A DNA stretch of 36,741 nucleotides from positions 1 to 36,741 of the forward strand of contig JBFMGO010000051.1 of assembly GCA_040752695.1 (NCBI GenBank), written 5' to 3'. The first letter of the stretch is position 1, and every line of letters starts with the position of its first letter. The notes under the pieces were generated by a model. That model was given only the letters and a program-made list of their open reading frames with translations. It did no database searches and was not told where the DNA came from. This document shows, one piece after another, positions 35,439-36,741 of this stretch. Both the position numbers and the translations under genes were made by a program. This DNA is from a bacterium (GTDB lineage Bacteria; SZUA-182; DTGQ01).

Positions 35439-35735
35439 TTAGAATTCCGCAAGCTCTTTGACGATTGATTCCTCTTCTCTGTCTGTTTCGACCAGTTGAA
35501 ACTCTGCATACCGGGGCTTGCCATCCTCAATCCTTTTAATCCCTAATTCTACAGCCTTCCTTTGAGGATGAGTTTTAATCGTGATATACGCCCTGACCAG
35601 GTTGGCTATTGTGGCTTCCTGAAAAAGGAACTGCTCACCACTCGCAGTTTCGATAACTGTACGAAGATGTTTGTGGCCATCAGGAATGCCAGCCATAACC
35701 CTTGTTACCTCCGCATTGGAGAAAGACCTCTTCAT
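35439..35735 (-). CDS. Conserved-looking hypothetical protein
   Basis: 98-aa ORF with a globular composition: GHKHLR...FQEATIANLVRAYITIKTHP...YAEFQLVE. Confidence 0.8.
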   Translation of the reverse strand: MKRSFSNAEVTRVMAGIPDGHKHLRTVIETASGEQFLFQEATIANLVRAYITIKTHPQRKAVELGIKRIEDGKPRYAEFQLVETDREEESIVKELAEF

Positions 35736-36496
35736 GATTTTCTCACTTCCTTTCTGGAAACCGGCTGCTGGTAGCTGCTAGCTGCTGGCCGCTTGTTGCT
35801 AGCTGCTGGACGATGGACGCTGAAGAGCTACCAGAGGGTGTATGCAAGCTCACGCACAGCCGTTCGCTGCCATTTCGAGCGACCTTTAGAGCCTTTTTCG
35901 TGAGCGAAAAATATATTCGATGGTTACTAACGGCATTTCAAAAGCTGTGAGGCTCCTTAGAAGGCACCTATTTTCCCCTCGAAGGATATGATATCCCCTC
36001 TTTGAAGGACACCTGTTCTCCCTCGGAGGATTCCTCTGTCGAATTGTAGCAGACAGTAGTCGCTATGGCGATAGGAAAAAAAACAGAAGAAACAGAAGGA
36101 ATAGAAGGAACAAAAATAACAGAAGGAAGAAAAGGCTCAAAAAGGTCAGAAAGAACGGAAAGGAGAGCCAGGGATATCCCTTCAAAAAATGATCCCAGGC
36201 AACCCATTCTCCCCCTGTTCTTCCGCCGCTTTCCCTGACAGCCACTTCCTTAAGCGCTTTGACTACTCCTTCTTGCAAAGCAGCCGAAACCACCTCCAGA
36301 AGCGAGCAACCCCTTCAGGTCACGCGGAAGATCAGGTGATTTTTGAATTACCTGGGACCTGCCTTATTAATCGGCAAAAGGAAAAAATAGATGCTACATT
36401 GCCGCGCTAAAAAATGTGAAATGAATGAAGAATCAATGCTGCTTATAGATTGTTTATAGATCTCTCATACTTGGATATCAGCTATATTCATTGTTT

Positions 36497-36572
36497 GTCA
36501 TTCCCGCGAAGGCTCACAATCAAATCTTTGAAACAACAATCCCTTCTGGATTCCCGCCTACGCTGCAATGAT
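36497..36572. repeat. REP-like element (GTCATTCCCGCG...CTGGATTCCCGCC family), degenerate
   Basis: GTCATTCCCGCGAAGGC...CTGGATTCCCGCCTACGCTGCAATGA; partial copies at about 13953-13968 and 17561-17576. Confidence 0.7.
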
Positions 36573-36594
36573 GGGATTTATGGCCCTTCAGGGA

Positions 36595-36682
36595 TTACGT
36601 TGCCTTTCACAGTTGCGTTGCCTTTCATAGTTGCGTTGCCTTTCATAGTTGCGTTGCCTGTCACAGTTGGGTTGCCTGTCAC
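36595..36682. repeat. 18-bp tandem repeat, about 5 copies
   Basis: TTGCGTTGCCTTTCATAG and close variants. Confidence 0.92.
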
Positions 36683-36741
36683 TTATGACCTACCGGAATA
36701 AAGCAGTATAGACTCATGAAACGGTAATGGAGTAGGTACAG

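Noticed and set aside
35968..36701. Several 70-85-aa ORFs at the right end
   Set aside because: They are built from purine-rich or 18-bp repeats and a REP element, with no coding signal I can support.

Overview
A bacterial chromosomal window of moderate GC; the taxon cannot be assigned from the sequence alone. No rRNA, tRNA or CRISPR array was seen. Recognisable genes: bshC-bshB1 (bacillithiol synthesis) translationally coupled to a sulfatase-like/TPR protein, a pRiA4b-ORF3-like Zn protein with a long acidic tail, a fused MFS/spermidine synthase, a YhfW-like FAD/Rieske oxidoreductase, a Mop/TOBE protein, DUF5132-like and two HMA2-like proteins, a Ycf45-like AAA-R3H ATPase, an EEP nuclease/phosphatase, a GT1 glycosyltransferase, galE and a GT-C-like membrane protein. 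There is also a 1794-aa uncharacterised membrane protein built from two homologous halves. Gene debris is common: an IS4 remnant, uvsE, Rpn, Roco, a golvesin/cytochrome c fragment and a beta-helix fragment, alongside several REP-like palindrome families. The most unusual features are: (i) the duplicated giant protein with an internal signal-peptide-like linker; (ii) a BshC that lacks its coiled coil; (iii) pervasive degenerate tandem-repeat 'stutter', frame-preserving inside ORFs and often seeded at gene termini; (iv) a 13-unit ~20-bp array between an IHF-like site and a -10 box; (v) several candidate structured RNAs. All family calls come from motif recognition, not database searches.
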